64,000 bases of DNA. Origin: Desulfobacteraceae bacterium (lineage in GTDB: Bacteria; Desulfobacterota; Desulfobacteria; Desulfobacterales; JAABSP01). The DNA is taken from contig JAABSP010000005.1 of the NCBI GenBank assembly GCA_011390345.1, forward strand, positions 36,004-100,003. Reading direction: 5' to 3'. Under the pieces are notes generated by a model. It ran no database searches and was not told the DNA's origin. It saw only the letters and a list, made by a program, of their open reading frames with translations. Each line of letters opens with the position of its first letter. Position 1 is the first letter of the stretch. The position numbers were made by a program, and so were the translations under genes. Shown here one piece after another: positions 20,389 to 31,198 of this stretch.

Positions 20389-20663
20389 GTGAAACGATTT
20401 GCCGAAGATTACCTTTTGGAATGGAAAGATAGGACTGATCGAAAGCCGTGCATCTCTTTTTCCATGAAAAGAAGACCGATTTCGGGCTGCGGTTCAATAT
20501 GGACAAACCCTCGGTCGGGCGGTTCAATGCCCATGTCCGGCGGAAAGATATGGCCGATCGGATCGAATATACGCTGTTGTCCCTGCCGTTGTATATGGTG
20601 GGGCAATGGGAGCGGCTGATCTCGGATGCGCCGGCACATCTTCCCGCCCCCCGGCAGGGGTAA
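20389..20663 (+). pseudogene. possible remnant of a DUF4143-type AAA ATPase gene (start plus 20 codons joined out of frame to a C-terminal piece)
   Basis: GGAGG plus a GTG at 20389 gives VKRFAEDYLLEWKDRTDRKP, which looks like the family N-terminus. From 20448 a different frame reads HLFFHEKKTDFGLRF...LLSLPLYMV, which looks like the family C-terminus. Recognised from memory, with weak support. Confidence 0.3.
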
Positions 20664-20724
20664 GGGATTTCTTATGCTGCGTCCGATGCCTCTTCAAAAT
20701 TCTCCAGGATTTTTCCCGGAGTTT

Positions 20725-23700
20725 TCAATCCAAAAACCGCACCTCTCCATTTTCCGCTATGGTGATCCCTTCAGCAGATAGCTTTTTCAGAAGTTCTGTC
20801 ACCCTCTTTATAGGAGCCAGAAACCCTTCATATGAACGCAGCCCCCCCATATTGGCGATATTGAGCCGCTCGATGGGCGGAATCCGGATGCGGGCTCCCC
20901 CGGCCTGAACCTCGCCTGTCAGCGAGAGCAGTCCCTCCTCGATACGGATATGAACCCACCGGGGCGTTCCGGTGCGAAGCAGTCGGCGTCCGGAGACGAT
21001 CGCCTCGTTGCTCTCGTATGGATCGAGTCCATACAGAAGACGCTCCAGCGCCCTGGGGCCGATCCGGGTCATTCGCAGATCCAGTGCGATTTCCGACAGC
21101 AGCAGATCCATCCGCTCTTTCAGCGGCAGTTGCAAGGCCATTTCACCGGCCACTTCTGCAAGATCCGGATCTTCTGAACTCGAAACGGTCCCCAGAAACA
21201 GGCGGGTGTCCATGCCGGAAAAACCTACGCGGCACCGGAGGAAGAAATCATCTCCCCCTTTCAGCATGGCTATCGCTCCCATCACTGTCCCGCCCAGAAG
21301 ATCCAACTGAAAATAATCAGCATGGGGAAGGCCGTCATCAAGATTGAAATCCAGGGCCATTGGGCCGAGTCGGATGGGCAGGGGGCCCGCTGCAAAACGG
21401 GCTCCATCAAAGGAGATCGCGTGATGGGTGTTGTACCTCTGGCGCAGTTGCCCCAGGTAATTTCCCAGTCCGTTTTCATTCCCCCGGCCAGATTCCCCGG
21501 CCAGATCCTCTGATCGGAGAACCGATTCGGAAAGGGGCGGAATCTCGTTTTTTCTCTTCTTTTGACCCTCTGCGCCCTTCATCAGCAGATACCGCTTCCC
21601 CAGGTTCAGATCCGCACGCAGCCCCTGAACCGAAAGCTCTTCTCCCATTCGGATATCCATTCCATCGCTTTTGAAAATCGCTTCTCCTTTCACCTCCTGA
21701 TTCGGCGACAACTGTATGTTCATTCCCGCTCTCATCCCGCCCTCCAGCGTAATGCCCTCTGCCACCGCGCCAATATCCCCGTCCCTCTCTTTCACGATGC
21801 TGCCGGCAATCTTTCCGCCCATGTGCCGAAGCCATCCGGAGATGCCGCGGCTCTGCAATCCCCTTGCCATGCCGTAGAGGGAGAGATCCAGAGTCTGTTG
21901 GATCTTCAACTGATCCACCGTCATTGACTGGTTCATCTGAAAACTATCCAGCCCCTCCTGTCGGCCATCCATCAGGATCTCCAGCGTCAGCGGCACTTTC
22001 AGCGGTTTTCCCGGGGGCAGATCGGGAATCCGGACCCGGATGGCACTGCCGATCTCTCCTTTTCCGGAACGGCCCCTGAACTCATATCGGAGGGGATTCA
22101 ATGTCCGGATCGGGCCGAGCCGCATCGGGCCGCTCTTCTCCATCGGCAGGGATATCTCCAGATCATCGATGGTCGCGGAAAGATCGGCTTTTTCCAGAAA
22201 GGCCAGATCCTTTTTGAAATCGAGCTTCAGGGGATCGCTAAATTTCCGCATGGCCTCAGCATCCGGAATCCGGACGATCACCTCCCAGCCGAATCCGATT
22301 CCGCCCTGAAAGTTTCCGCCTTTGCTCGCCTTGTCGATCCAGTTTTTCGGCAGAGCGGAAAGGTTTATTGCTCCGGTGCCGTCTGTTCGGATTCCCGAGG
22401 CGGCCGAATTCCCCCGAGTCTGGGCCGTGAGGGAAAGTTTTACGATCTTTCCCGCAGAAAGAGCGGCCTTTGCCCCGTCGATGCGAACCGTTGAGAGATC
22501 AAAGCCGGGCAGGAGGATTCTTTTTACCCCGGCACTGAAATCGGCATCGACACTCAGGGGGCCGTAGGGAAGTGCAAAGACCGATGCGGTACCGATCTTC
22601 ACCCCGAATTGGGGCAGCCCAATCTGAATCAGGCTTTTCTCTGTCAGTTGGGCCTCAACTTTCAGGTTCTCCTGCAGGCTTTTGAGAGCGGCAAGCCCCG
22701 GAAGCTCGATCGCGGCGCAGGAGAGGGACTGATCCAACCATACCCTGCCCGTAATCCCCAGTGGCGCTTTTTCCGAGGACTCGATAGCCTCTGCCCGCAA
22801 ATGAAGATCTCTCATCGACATATTCCGCAGCCCCAGAGTTTTTCCCTGATCAACAGCTAATGATTTCAAATCCATCTGAAGAAGACTTTCCAGTTGTCGG
22901 GGAAAGAGGTCCTGCAGTTCCATCCGCATTTTCGGCACAGACAAGGAGAAGCCTTTTGCAGATATGGGCATCTTGCCCGATCGGTGTTCAGCATCGGGAA
23001 GATCGAGCCTCATTTCCAAGACTTCCACTACAGCCGCGCCTTTGGCGAGAGCGCCGGTCAGATGTATCATTTCCGCTTGAAATTGAGCCTTTTCTGAAAC
23101 TGCGATTGCCATTTGGTCCGGCAGAAGGGGCTTTATCCGGTATAGGATCTCTTTCAGGCCGAATGTCATGGGCCCCGCCACCAGATCGGCCTGGGGATCA
23201 CCGGCCCCAAGCTTTTGGATGGTCCCGGCCCATTGAATTCTCCCCTCTTCCAGAAAGGTGAGTTGTCCGTTTTCCAGAGTGAGCCGGTCTTCGCTGAAAT
23301 TGTAAGATGCATCATTGGCAAAGGTGTAAGCAAAAGGCCCCAGCGGTTTTCCCCTGGAAAAGGGGCCTGACGCGCGGAGATTTCCGCCCTGACTTTCCAT
23401 TTGGATCGCGGCTGTTTTCGGATTCAGTCCATCGAGTTCGACCCGGAATTCCGGAAGGGAAAACAGAATGAGATCGGAAAGAAGGGTCATTTCTCCGATA
23501 TTTGCGTCTAAACCGGGAATATTGAAATCGAATCCAAGCAGTTCGATGCTCCCGGGGTTTTGGGCCAATCCGCCATTTATATGGATCGAATCAACGGTAA
23601 GCATGGGTGGCGCACTGAAATGGAGGCGCATTTTCTCCGGGAAAAGTGGCCGAACCCGGTCAAGGATCTCCCCCAGATCCATTGAGACAGGGGCGATGGT

Positions 23701-25095
23701 AAAATCAGCATGGGGCGCGGTCTGTATGTCGGTGATAATGCCCTTCCATCCAATCCGGCTCCTTTCCAGAAACCGGAATTCGCCGCTTTCGATGGATGCT
23801 TTTCCCGCATCGGGATCGATCCGGCCCTCAGACTTCAGGGAAAAGGCAAAAGGCCCGAGAGACCTGTCCCCAACAGACCTGTCCCCAACAGACCTGTCCC
23901 CAACAGACCTGTCCCCGACAGACCTATCCCCAACAGAGCTGTCCCCGACAGACCTGTCCCCGACAGACCTGTCCCCGACAGACCTGTCCCCGACAGACCT
24001 ATCCCCAACAGAGCTGTCCGCGACAGAGCTATCAGCGACAGACATATCATGAATGAGCTTGCCGGAGACTCCCAGCCCCTCCCCCTTCACCTCGATTTCG
24101 AATTCCGGAGCTGCTGTTTCTCCCGCGGCCCAAGCCCAAAGGGTCAATCTGCCGAAGAAATCTGTTCCGGCCAGCGATGAGGGCAAAAAAGGAGACGCGG
24201 CCGCGGTCAGTTGGTCCAACCGGATTTCGACATCTCCCCTGAATCCGCCCCGGGAAATGCTCCCTTCCATCATCAATCGGGTTCCCGGCAGATCCCCTTT
24301 GACATCGATGACCGCACCGGCCAGGTCGAGGGCTCCGTCATCCGTAAACAGATGGTCCATTTCCGCAACCAGGGAGGGCTTTGGCAGAGCCTCTCCGTCG
24401 ATCGCGATATCTGCGCCCATTTCCATGCGGACGGTTTGGGTGAGAAGAGAGGGAAAGTCGAGCCGGAGACCCGCATCGGTGATCTCAGCCGATCTACCGG
24501 TTACCCGATCCTGCGCCAGAATCGAAATCCCGGTCAGGCGGATGCTCCCCTGCAGATCCAGGGGCAGGCGGATCGGGCCGCTCTCCTTTTCCGGTTCCGG
24601 TTCAGCCGGCTCTTCCGGCACGGTTTCCGGGATGATATCTGCGATCAGCGCTTCGATGTTGGTCGTTCCGTCCGGATTCCGGACCACCCGAAGGATTGTA
24701 TTCTGGGAATCGACTTCGAGAAAAACCCTTTCGCGGATGATATCCCACGGCCGGAGAAGAATCCGGGCTCGCTCCATCCGGAAGAGCGGAGCATCTGAAT
24801 AATCGGGATCATCCGGGATCTCCAACCCCTCGATGTTGATGCCGTCGTTCCATGTCCAGAAGATAGCATCGATCCGGACGGGCCGTTTGAGAGAGCTGGA
24901 AAGCTGCGTCTGAACGGTCTCCCGGAACCATTGGGTCGAAACCAGTGCCGGAAGGGTGATAAAGAGGCTGACAAGAAGCCCGATCCCGATAAATCCCAGG
25001 ACCAGAAGGACGGCAAATATCCGCAGGAGAATGCGCGGGACCGAGCCGCGGTTTTCGGAATCGGAAGAAGTGCGGGTCTGCGCGATGTCGGTCAT
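20725..25095 (-). CDS. large AsmA/TamB-like envelope protein (N-terminal membrane anchor, long beta-rich body)
   Basis: 1456 aa; ATG at 25095. The single N-terminal TM is ILLRIFAVLLVLGFIGIGLLVSLFITLPALV, followed by STQWFRETVQTQLSSSLKRPVRIDAIFWTW (AsmA-like start). It is co-directional with miaA upstream. Confidence 0.65.
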   Translation of the reverse strand: MTDIAQTRTSSDSENRGSVPRILLRIFAVLLVLGFIGIGLLVSLFITLPALVSTQWFRETVQTQLSSSLKRPVRIDAIFWTWNDGINIEGLEIPDDPDYSDAPLFRMERARILLRPWDIIRERVFLEVDSQNTILRVVRNPDGTTNIEALIADIIPETVPEEPAEPEPEKESGPIRLPLDLQGSIRLTGISILAQDRVTGRSAEITDAGLRLDFPSLLTQTVRMEMGADIAIDGEALPKPSLVAEMDHLFTDDGALDLAGAVIDVKGDLPGTRLMMEGSISRGGFRGDVEIRLDQLTAAASPFLPSSLAGTDFFGRLTLWAWAAGETAAPEFEIEVKGEGLGVSGKLIHDMSVADSSVADSSVGDRSVGDRSVGDRSVGDRSVGDSSVGDRSVGDRSVGDRSVGDRSVGDRSLGPFAFSLKSEGRIDPDAGKASIESGEFRFLERSRIGWKGIITDIQTAPHADFTIAPVSMDLGEILDRVRPLFPEKMRLHFSAPPMLTVDSIHINGGLAQNPGSIELLGFDFNIPGLDANIGEMTLLSDLILFSLPEFRVELDGLNPKTAAIQMESQGGNLRASGPFSRGKPLGPFAYTFANDASYNFSEDRLTLENGQLTFLEEGRIQWAGTIQKLGAGDPQADLVAGPMTFGLKEILYRIKPLLPDQMAIAVSEKAQFQAEMIHLTGALAKGAAVVEVLEMRLDLPDAEHRSGKMPISAKGFSLSVPKMRMELQDLFPRQLESLLQMDLKSLAVDQGKTLGLRNMSMRDLHLRAEAIESSEKAPLGITGRVWLDQSLSCAAIELPGLAALKSLQENLKVEAQLTEKSLIQIGLPQFGVKIGTASVFALPYGPLSVDADFSAGVKRILLPGFDLSTVRIDGAKAALSAGKIVKLSLTAQTRGNSAASGIRTDGTGAINLSALPKNWIDKASKGGNFQGGIGFGWEVIVRIPDAEAMRKFSDPLKLDFKKDLAFLEKADLSATIDDLEISLPMEKSGPMRLGPIRTLNPLRYEFRGRSGKGEIGSAIRVRIPDLPPGKPLKVPLTLEILMDGRQEGLDSFQMNQSMTVDQLKIQQTLDLSLYGMARGLQSRGISGWLRHMGGKIAGSIVKERDGDIGAVAEGITLEGGMRAGMNIQLSPNQEVKGEAIFKSDGMDIRMGEELSVQGLRADLNLGKRYLLMKGAEGQKKRKNEIPPLSESVLRSEDLAGESGRGNENGLGNYLGQLRQRYNTHHAISFDGARFAAGPLPIRLGPMALDFNLDDGLPHADYFQLDLLGGTVMGAIAMLKGGDDFFLRCRVGFSGMDTRLFLGTVSSSEDPDLAEVAGEMALQLPLKERMDLLLSEIALDLRMTRIGPRALERLLYGLDPYESNEAIVSGRRLLRTGTPRWVHIRIEEGLLSLTGEVQAGGARIRIPPIERLNIANMGGLRSYEGFLAPIKRVTELLKKLSAEGITIAENGEVRFLD
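23861..24040 (-). repeat. 12 tandem copies of a 15-bp unit (gacctgtcccc[a/g]aca) inside the AsmA-like CDS, encoding (V[G/A]D[R/S]S)n
   Basis: Counted directly: units start every 15 nt from 23861. Variant units (gacctatccccaaca, gagctgtcc...) recur in the same order, which indicates a higher-order duplication. The repeat is in frame. Confidence 0.9.
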
Positions 25096-25146
25096 GGAAG
25101 CCTCGATCCGTTTATGGTTGTCATGACCTGAAAAATGGCCATAGGG

Positions 25147-26073
25147 TCAACGCATCATCATCTTTGAAATCAATCCACTCGCTTCTTCCACGGCATCGGG
25201 CCCCATCCGGCAAATCTCCGGGTCCGCCCGAAACCAGGTCAACTGCCGCTTTGCATAGCGCCGTGTGTCCCGCTTCAGAGTCCGCAGGGCCTCCTCCCAG
25301 TCGATCGCTCCCTGAAGATAATCGGCCATATGGCGATACCCGAGGGACTGCATCGCCTTCAGCTCCGGAGAATAGCACCTCTCCAGCAGCCCCTTCACCT
25401 CGTCGAGAAGCCCCTCTTGGATCATCAGATCCACCCGCCGGTCGATTCGTTCATATAGCCTCTCCCGCTCCATGAAAAGGCCGATCTTCAAGGCATCGAA
25501 CCGGGCTTGGGCAAACCGGTGCTGATTCTGGAATTCGGACAGAGTCTTTCCGGTCGCCGCAAAAGTTTCCAGCGCCCTGATGATCCGGTACGCATCGTTG
25601 GGATGAATCCGGGCCCCGGCCTCGGGATCGCAACTTTTCAGTCGCTCGTGAAGGGCATGGCTTCCCACTTCTTCGGCCTCTTTTCGAAGTTCTCTCCGGA
25701 TGGCCCGGTCCACCGGTTCGGCTTCAAAAATTCCGTAGATCAGGGATTTGATATAGAGCCCTGTTCCGCCGGTTACAATTGGCAGCTTCCCTCGATCTAT
25801 CAGCGACATGGCCGTCTTTTCCGCGATTTCGGCATATCGGACCGCATCAAAGGGCTCGGCCGGGTCCACGAAATCGACCAGATGATGGGGAACCTGGGCC
25901 CTCTCTTGGGCCGTCGGCTTTGCGGTTCCGATATCCATATATTTATAGATCTGCATCGAGTCCGCGCCCACGATCTCGCCGTTGAACCGCTGCGCCAGCT
26001 CGATGGACATCGCGGTCTTTCCGATCCCTGTGGGGCCGCAGATAACGATGATCTTCGGTTTCTCCTGCGCCAT
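25147..26073 (-). CDS. miaA: tRNA dimethylallyltransferase
   Basis: ORF 25147..26112. The start is moved to the ATG at 26073 (MAQEKPKIIVICGPTGIGKT) behind GAGGGGAG. GADSMQIYKYMDIGTAKPT is a typical MiaA motif. Confidence 0.92.
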   Translation of the reverse strand: MAQEKPKIIVICGPTGIGKTAMSIELAQRFNGEIVGADSMQIYKYMDIGTAKPTAQERAQVPHHLVDFVDPAEPFDAVRYAEIAEKTAMSLIDRGKLPIVTGGTGLYIKSLIYGIFEAEPVDRAIRRELRKEAEEVGSHALHERLKSCDPEAGARIHPNDAYRIIRALETFAATGKTLSEFQNQHRFAQARFDALKIGLFMERERLYERIDRRVDLMIQEGLLDEVKGLLERCYSPELKAMQSLGYRHMADYLQGAIDWEEALRTLKRDTRRYAKRQLTWFRADPEICRMGPDAVEEASGLISKMMMR

Positions 26074-26087
26074 CTGGCTCCCCTCTT

Positions 26088-28015
26088 TCAAAAACTGCCG
26101 GCTGAGGGGCATCCGCTTCGGGCCGACGTGACCGCCTGCAGAATATAGATCATCTCTTCAAAACCGATCCGCCCATCTGATTTCAGATCCGGCCCAGTGT
26201 AGCCATTTTCGGGAACCATACCGGCCAGAATCTTCAAAAGCACCAGAGCATCGGCCAGTTCCGGAACAAATCCGCCTGCACAGAGATTCAATCCCGCGAG
26301 CACCGGGTCGTGATCGGACGAGCGAAAGGGGCCCGGATCATAGAGCGTTTTCTGCGCTTCGGTCTTACCGGCCAACTGGTAGTCGAAGACGTAGGGCTCG
26401 TCGGCATTTATATGCCAGATACCCGCGCCGTCGATCTGAGGCGTCAGTGAAGGGCTGGCAAGAGCATAATCGAGGGTTCCGGCTTCCCCGTCATAGAGAT
26501 AAGAATAGGAATGGAAGCCGTTCACGGCAGCAACAATATCTGTATAGCCGGCATCTGCGAAGCTCTTGAGCGGATCTTCCTTTGCATACGCGTTGAGATC
26601 GCCGATGATGAGAAAATCGGGATCTTCCGAGCCGGTCGGATCGGTTTCGAGCCATGCTGCAAGATCGGCTGCGGCCTCTGTGCGTTTGCCGTTGCACCAG
26701 CCCTGCTGCCCTTCCAGCGTATCCTCGGGGCATGGGCTTCTTCGGGATCGGAAATGGTTGACTACAGCGGTGAATCGCTCTCCGGTTGCAATCTCTTCAA
26801 AGGTCTGTGCCAGGGGCTGGCGATGTTGGCTTGAAAAGGCCCCGGTGTAGCGGGTCGCGGCTGATCCCACCGGTTTTACACGGTCAGCCCGATAGAGCAG
26901 CCCCACCGCGATCGCATCGGTTCCAAGGCGGGAAAGTTTAGGATCGACAAAGGTATATCGCTCTTCTCCGATCCGGACATTGAGGCCGCGGGTCAGATCC
27001 GCGATCGCGCTATCGGGGCCGTAGCCGTCATTTTCGACTTCGATGATCCCGATGATGTCGGCATTCATCCCGAAGAGTGCTGAGATGATCTTTGCCCGCT
27101 GCCGCTGAAATTCTTCAAGCGTCGCAGCTCCCCGTTCCGTAGGAAAGAGAGGGCCGTTGAAGTAGTTTTCCAGGTTGAAGGCCGCAACGATGATTCTGCC
27201 TGAAATCTCCGGCGTCACGGTTCTTGGATTGGGAGCCGTATTGAATACCGTCGGCACAGTTGAAGCTTCATATGCCGGATGTATCCGATATTCCTCATAC
27301 CCCTGTGTCAATACACCGGCAAAACCGCTGATCTCCGTTCCGCACCGGAGCGGGTTTTCATGGGAAAGGGCCGGGCGCGGATAAATCACGGGCCACGGAT
27401 CGGAGGTATACAGACCGTCATCGACAATGATCCGGTCTAAAGCATTGGCCTTGGAGACCCTCTCGGCATCGGCTCCCGGATCTGCAATCTGTGTCGGCTG
27501 AAACCGCCTTCCCCAGGAGAGAAGAAAGGAGCCGTACAGAGCAAGCTGGGAATTGTCCGAGACGGTCAGGCTCTGGGGTAAGCCGACCGCCATCCCCTCG
27601 AACCTTTCGGGATGGAAGATATCGGGCAGAGGAAGCGATAGCGCCTCCGGTTCCGGCAGAGGAACCCCTTTTTCAAGGATCGTGATCTCCTGGACACTTG
27701 TGATCTCGGTCAGATCACGGTATTCTATGACCTTCCCCGTAACCCGCACCAGATCCTGTGGTGAAACATCGAAAAATGTCGAATAGACGAAAATCCCTTC
27801 GGAAGTAGCAGGATCGCCGTCCTGATCTTCTTTCCGGGCCTGTAGAAAAAAGCCGTTCACCCTCTCCCGCGCCTGAAAATCGGCCGTTACGATCCCTTCG
27901 ATCGTAACAGTCTGACCCTCATAGGTGCTGGAAAGCCCCGGCCCCTGAATTGCGTGGATCGGAGTGATGGTGAGTGCCGCAGCCATGAACATCGTTGTCA
28001 GAATCATATTCGCAT
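26088..28015 (-). CDS. secreted ExeM/NucH-type endonuclease/exonuclease/phosphatase-family nuclease
   Basis: Only the lower part of ORF 26088..28583 is credible. The ATG at 28015 (MILTTMFMAAALTITPIHA, signal-like) follows GAGGAGA. Also IQGPGLSSTYEGQTVTIEGIVTADF, and FRSSDHDPV near the C-terminus. Confidence 0.8.
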
Positions 28016-28226
28016 CTCCTCTCTTCTGTCCCTTTATAGCAGAGATGAGGGATGCTGATCCACTTCTTTTCGGGGGGCAGCAGGGCAGCATCCATATATG
28101 CTTGACTTTCCGGCTTATTGATGCCAAAAGAGACTGAACAACGAAAAAGTAAGGAACAGCCGCTTGCATACGGCGGCTTGACAACTGTTGGAGGCGGTCA
28201 TTGTTGAAACCGGCTAACTGGGCGAA

Positions 28227-29090
28227 TTGAGCCAGGCGATTACCGCACATGTCGAGAATCTGCCCAGGCCCGAGACTGTCCGGGAAATCGACAGGAGCGG
28301 CTGGAATGGCGACGGACAGTTTCTGCCGGCGTACAACGAGCGCTTCCGCAAAGGGCCGGATGATCCCATCGGCCCCGGCTTTGCTTCTGTTGCGGAAAAA
28401 CGCCTGGTAATGGATGTCGATCGCTTCGAGATCGCGGGGGCCAGCCAGGAAGTGATCGACAGGGACGCGGTGATCTTTGTTGACGGGACCACCAAGCCGA
28501 TCTGGACCCGGCTCTTCAGTTAGTCCACCCCCATGAGCATGGTGGGTCGCACGATGCCGGGACTGGAAACGGTGGCTTTTCACAGCGGCTATGGGACACC
28601 GATCTGGATGTTGACCTGCAGCGGCCGGACCCCGCTGGTCAATCTGATTCCGGAGGCGATCGGAAGGCTCGATGATATCTGCGGCTCGTCGTCGGTCGGC
28701 CGAATCATGGTCATCGATGCAGAAGGGTTTGCAATTTCCTTTCTCAAAGGGCTGGAGCAGGGGGATCCGCTGTCGCGGATCTCTACTTCGACCGGTGGCC
28801 GAACCAGGAAGCCGATTTCCGGGCGGTGAACCAGGCCGCCGGGTTCATGGAGGTTCATGGATACGGCAAGCAAGTGGATGACCACCCTGCCGGCACGTCA
28901 ACGGATGACTCCGAATTTTGAGATCATCACCTTTTCCTGGAACCAACGGGACCCTGAAATGATGGACTTGCTCAAGGAGTTCAGCAGTGCAATCAACGAG
29001 CGGGGCTTACGGATGCGCAGCGGCCGAAAACTGAGAGTGGAGGTTGACCCTGAACCGCCGCCGCTTCGGGCACCACACCCATCTCGATGA
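28227..29090 (+). pseudogene. transposase-like gene broken by several frameshifts
   Basis: Pieces in three plus-strand frames read on from one another: ...VIFVDGTTKPIWTRLFS* / MVGRTMPGLETVAFHSGYGTPIWML...VIDAEGFAISFLKGLEQG / DLYFDRWPNQEADFRAVNQAAGFMEVHGYG / ...EIITFSWNQRDPEMMDLLKEF. The family assignment is from memory only. Confidence 0.4.
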
Positions 29091-29214
29091 TGGTGCATTT
29101 CATAACGTCGAATATGGCGGTGGCCACCGGAAGTCCTGTCCTATAGCCGATTTGGTGCAACAGGGGCAAGGAGTTTCCTTTCCTTGATCTTTTCATCTGC
29201 GTGAAATATGATGG

Positions 29215-29904
29215 ATGAGGGTCCCAAAAACACGGGAGTCATCATTCGACCCTTTCAAAAAGAAGGGCCGGAAAGGATCAAAACCAATGAAAAGCAGAGG
29301 CGCTGAGGTGACATCACCCGGAAGATTGCCGGTCGGCGATTCATCATTTGAAAGCATTCGGACAAACAACTGCATCTATGTGGACAAAACCCGTCAAATG
29401 AATATTCTTCGGCGAACCGTTCAACGGATCGGATCATACATCCGGGCAGGTCTGCTGCTGCATGTCGTCACTGTGACGGAGCTTTTAGTTCTGGGGGTTG
29501 TGGGGCCAGAGCTGCTCCCGTTTACGGCCCGATCCGTATGGGAAGCGGTTTTTGACACAGCCGCCCTGACATTTCTGGTCAGCCTGCCGGTTCTGTCTCA
29601 ACTGGACGCCCGCTCCCGGTTTCAGAGCTACAAGCGGGTCAAGGACCATCTCTTCCGGTTCGGGTTCGACACCCGGATTCTAAGGCCGTTTCTCAAATCC
29701 CGGTGCCAGCGGGATGCGGTTATGGCCGCGGCCGGTGAGCTGGGGTACGGGCGGCAGTGCCGCGCTTATTTTTACCGGCAGGGATACCGGTGGTACCACA
29801 TCCTGGCCGATTTCGTCTTCACCAATCCGGGGTTTCTGGTCAGTCCGCGGTTCTGGCGGTCCACCTTCTTCTCTGAAACCTATCGTGCCCAGATTGATTT
29901 CTGA
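29215..29904 (+). CDS. hypothetical protein, apparently chimeric (AAA-ATPase N-terminal remnant joined to an unrelated membrane-like body)
   Basis: From the ATG at 29287, MKSRGAEVTSPGRLPVGDSSFESIRTNNCIYVDKTRQ matches the PF09820-type N-terminus (LPxGxxxFxxxRxxxxxYVDKT). No P-loop follows. The rest is hydrophobic and ends ...CQRDAVMAAAGELGY...YRQGYRWYHILADFVF. Confidence 0.35.
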   Translation: MRVPKTRESSFDPFKKKGRKGSKPMKSRGAEVTSPGRLPVGDSSFESIRTNNCIYVDKTRQMNILRRTVQRIGSYIRAGLLLHVVTVTELLVLGVVGPELLPFTARSVWEAVFDTAALTFLVSLPVLSQLDARSRFQSYKRVKDHLFRFGFDTRILRPFLKSRCQRDAVMAAAGELGYGRQCRAYFYRQGYRWYHILADFVFTNPGFLVSPRFWRSTFFSETYRAQIDF

Positions 29905-29954
29905 TGATACCGGAGGGCCGGGAACCATCAAAAACCATCAAAAGGGGTCTAAAG

Positions 29955-30164
29955 ATGCAGAAGACAAGGATCCAATACGATTCACCGGTAGATGCGCTGG
30001 TGGCGCTGGTGAAGCGGCTTGGGCGGTTTGAAGAGAAATATGGGATGTCATCGGAGCGGTTCCATGAGGGGTATATGGCCGGAAAGACCGATGACAGCGC
30101 GGATTCTTTGGATTGGGCCAATAATTATCGGCACTCTATCGCATTGAAAGGACAAGTCCAATGA
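29955..30164 (+). CDS. small conserved-looking hypothetical protein (antitoxin-like size)
   Basis: The ATG at 29955 follows AAAGGGG. The 69-aa product is MQKTRIQYDSPVDALVALVKRLGRFEEKYGMSSERFHEGYMAGKTDDSADSLDWANNY. No partner gene was recognised. Confidence 0.35.
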   Translation: MQKTRIQYDSPVDALVALVKRLGRFEEKYGMSSERFHEGYMAGKTDDSADSLDWANNYRHSIALKGQVQ

Positions 30165-30249
30165 AAAGCATTCAGCGGTTGCCTTTTCACCGCCGGAGTG
30201 GTAATCTTCATATTCGGATACGAAACCTGTTGGAGAAAAAGGAGCACGG

Positions 30250-31077
30250 ATGCAGCAATACGACATCGCGACCAAGGTGCTGATGGAGTCCTGCCGGGAT
30301 GAGATCATCCGCCACCTGCTGGAACTCCCGGTGCGGGAGAGCGTTCTCCTGGAACCATTGCCCCAGGAGACGGCCAGCCTCAAGCGGAGCGACTTTCCGG
30401 TGATGATGACCGATAAGAAAGGCCAAAAGAGCCTGGTGATCATCGAGGTGCAGACCGAATGGAAACGGAGCATTCCGCTGAACCTGATCGACTACCGGAC
30501 CCGGTATCTGCTGAAGCATGATGTGAAGGCGACCTCTGCGGTGATTCTGCTGCGACCTTCCGGGGCCGCAACGGATTTCTACGAGGACGAAGAGTTCCGG
30601 TTTCGGTTCCGGCTGATCCGGATTTACGATCTGGAGGCCCGGCACTTCATTGAAGGGGGGCCGGTCTGCATGCTGCCATTTGTCCCGCTGATGAAGGGCG
30701 GGGCCGAAGCGCTGGATCAGGCCGAAGCCATTATTTACGGCAGTGAGAGGTCGAGGCCCGAAAAGGCGGATATGCTTACAACGATGGCGATACTGTCGGG
30801 ACTGATTTCAAGGGATATGCCGGCAAAGCTGGTTGCAAGGAGGAAGGATATCATGATTGAGTCTGCGGCTTATGAGATGATAAAGCGGGAAGGGATCGAA
30901 GAGGGTGTCCACGAGTCGATCAAAAAGATGCTGGATGTGAAATTTCCGAACATGGATGCAGATATTCGAAGAAAAATTCAGCAGATCGACGACCCGGACA
31001 GGCTCAATTCTCTTATTGAAGTCATCATATTGGCTTCAAATCCCGAAGAAGTGATCCGGGAAGTGGAGCGGGAATGA
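30250..31077 (+). CDS. Rpn/YhgA-like PD-(D/E)XK putative nuclease/transposase
   Basis: 275 aa. YDIATKVLME...KRSDFPVMMTD...LVIIEVQTEW...LIDYRTRY fits the D...(D/E)xQ core of this family. It has a helical C-terminal region. Confidence 0.65.
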   Translation: MQQYDIATKVLMESCRDEIIRHLLELPVRESVLLEPLPQETASLKRSDFPVMMTDKKGQKSLVIIEVQTEWKRSIPLNLIDYRTRYLLKHDVKATSAVILLRPSGAATDFYEDEEFRFRFRLIRIYDLEARHFIEGGPVCMLPFVPLMKGGAEALDQAEAIIYGSERSRPEKADMLTTMAILSGLISRDMPAKLVARRKDIMIESAAYEMIKREGIEEGVHESIKKMLDVKFPNMDADIRRKIQQIDDPDRLNSLIEVIILASNPEEVIREVERE

Positions 31078-31198
31078 ACCTTTGTCTCCTTCGCTTTCCT
31101 TCTTGTCAATTCTCCCATATCGGAAAGTGCCTTTGGAAAATTTAAATTTTTGCCGCGCGGCGGCTTCGCCGCCTCAAAGGGTAAAAGGGTAAAAGCGC

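Noticed and set aside
23861-24040. The tandem repeat considered as a CRISPR array.
   Set aside because: The units are 15 bp and directly abutting with no spacers, and the array is in frame inside a long CDS.
28016-28583. The N-terminal 190 aa of ORF 26088..28583, upstream of the nuclease signal peptide.
   Set aside because: The translation has no family features. A strong RBS plus ATG and a signal-peptide-like N-terminus occur at 28015. The region overlaps the transposase-like fragments on the other strand.
31159-31173. The GC hairpin GGCGGC-ttc-GCCGCC between the Rpn-like gene and the FGE pseudogene, considered as an intrinsic terminator.
   Set aside because: No U-run directly follows the stem on either strand, and the 3-nt loop is minimal. 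I do not call it a terminator.
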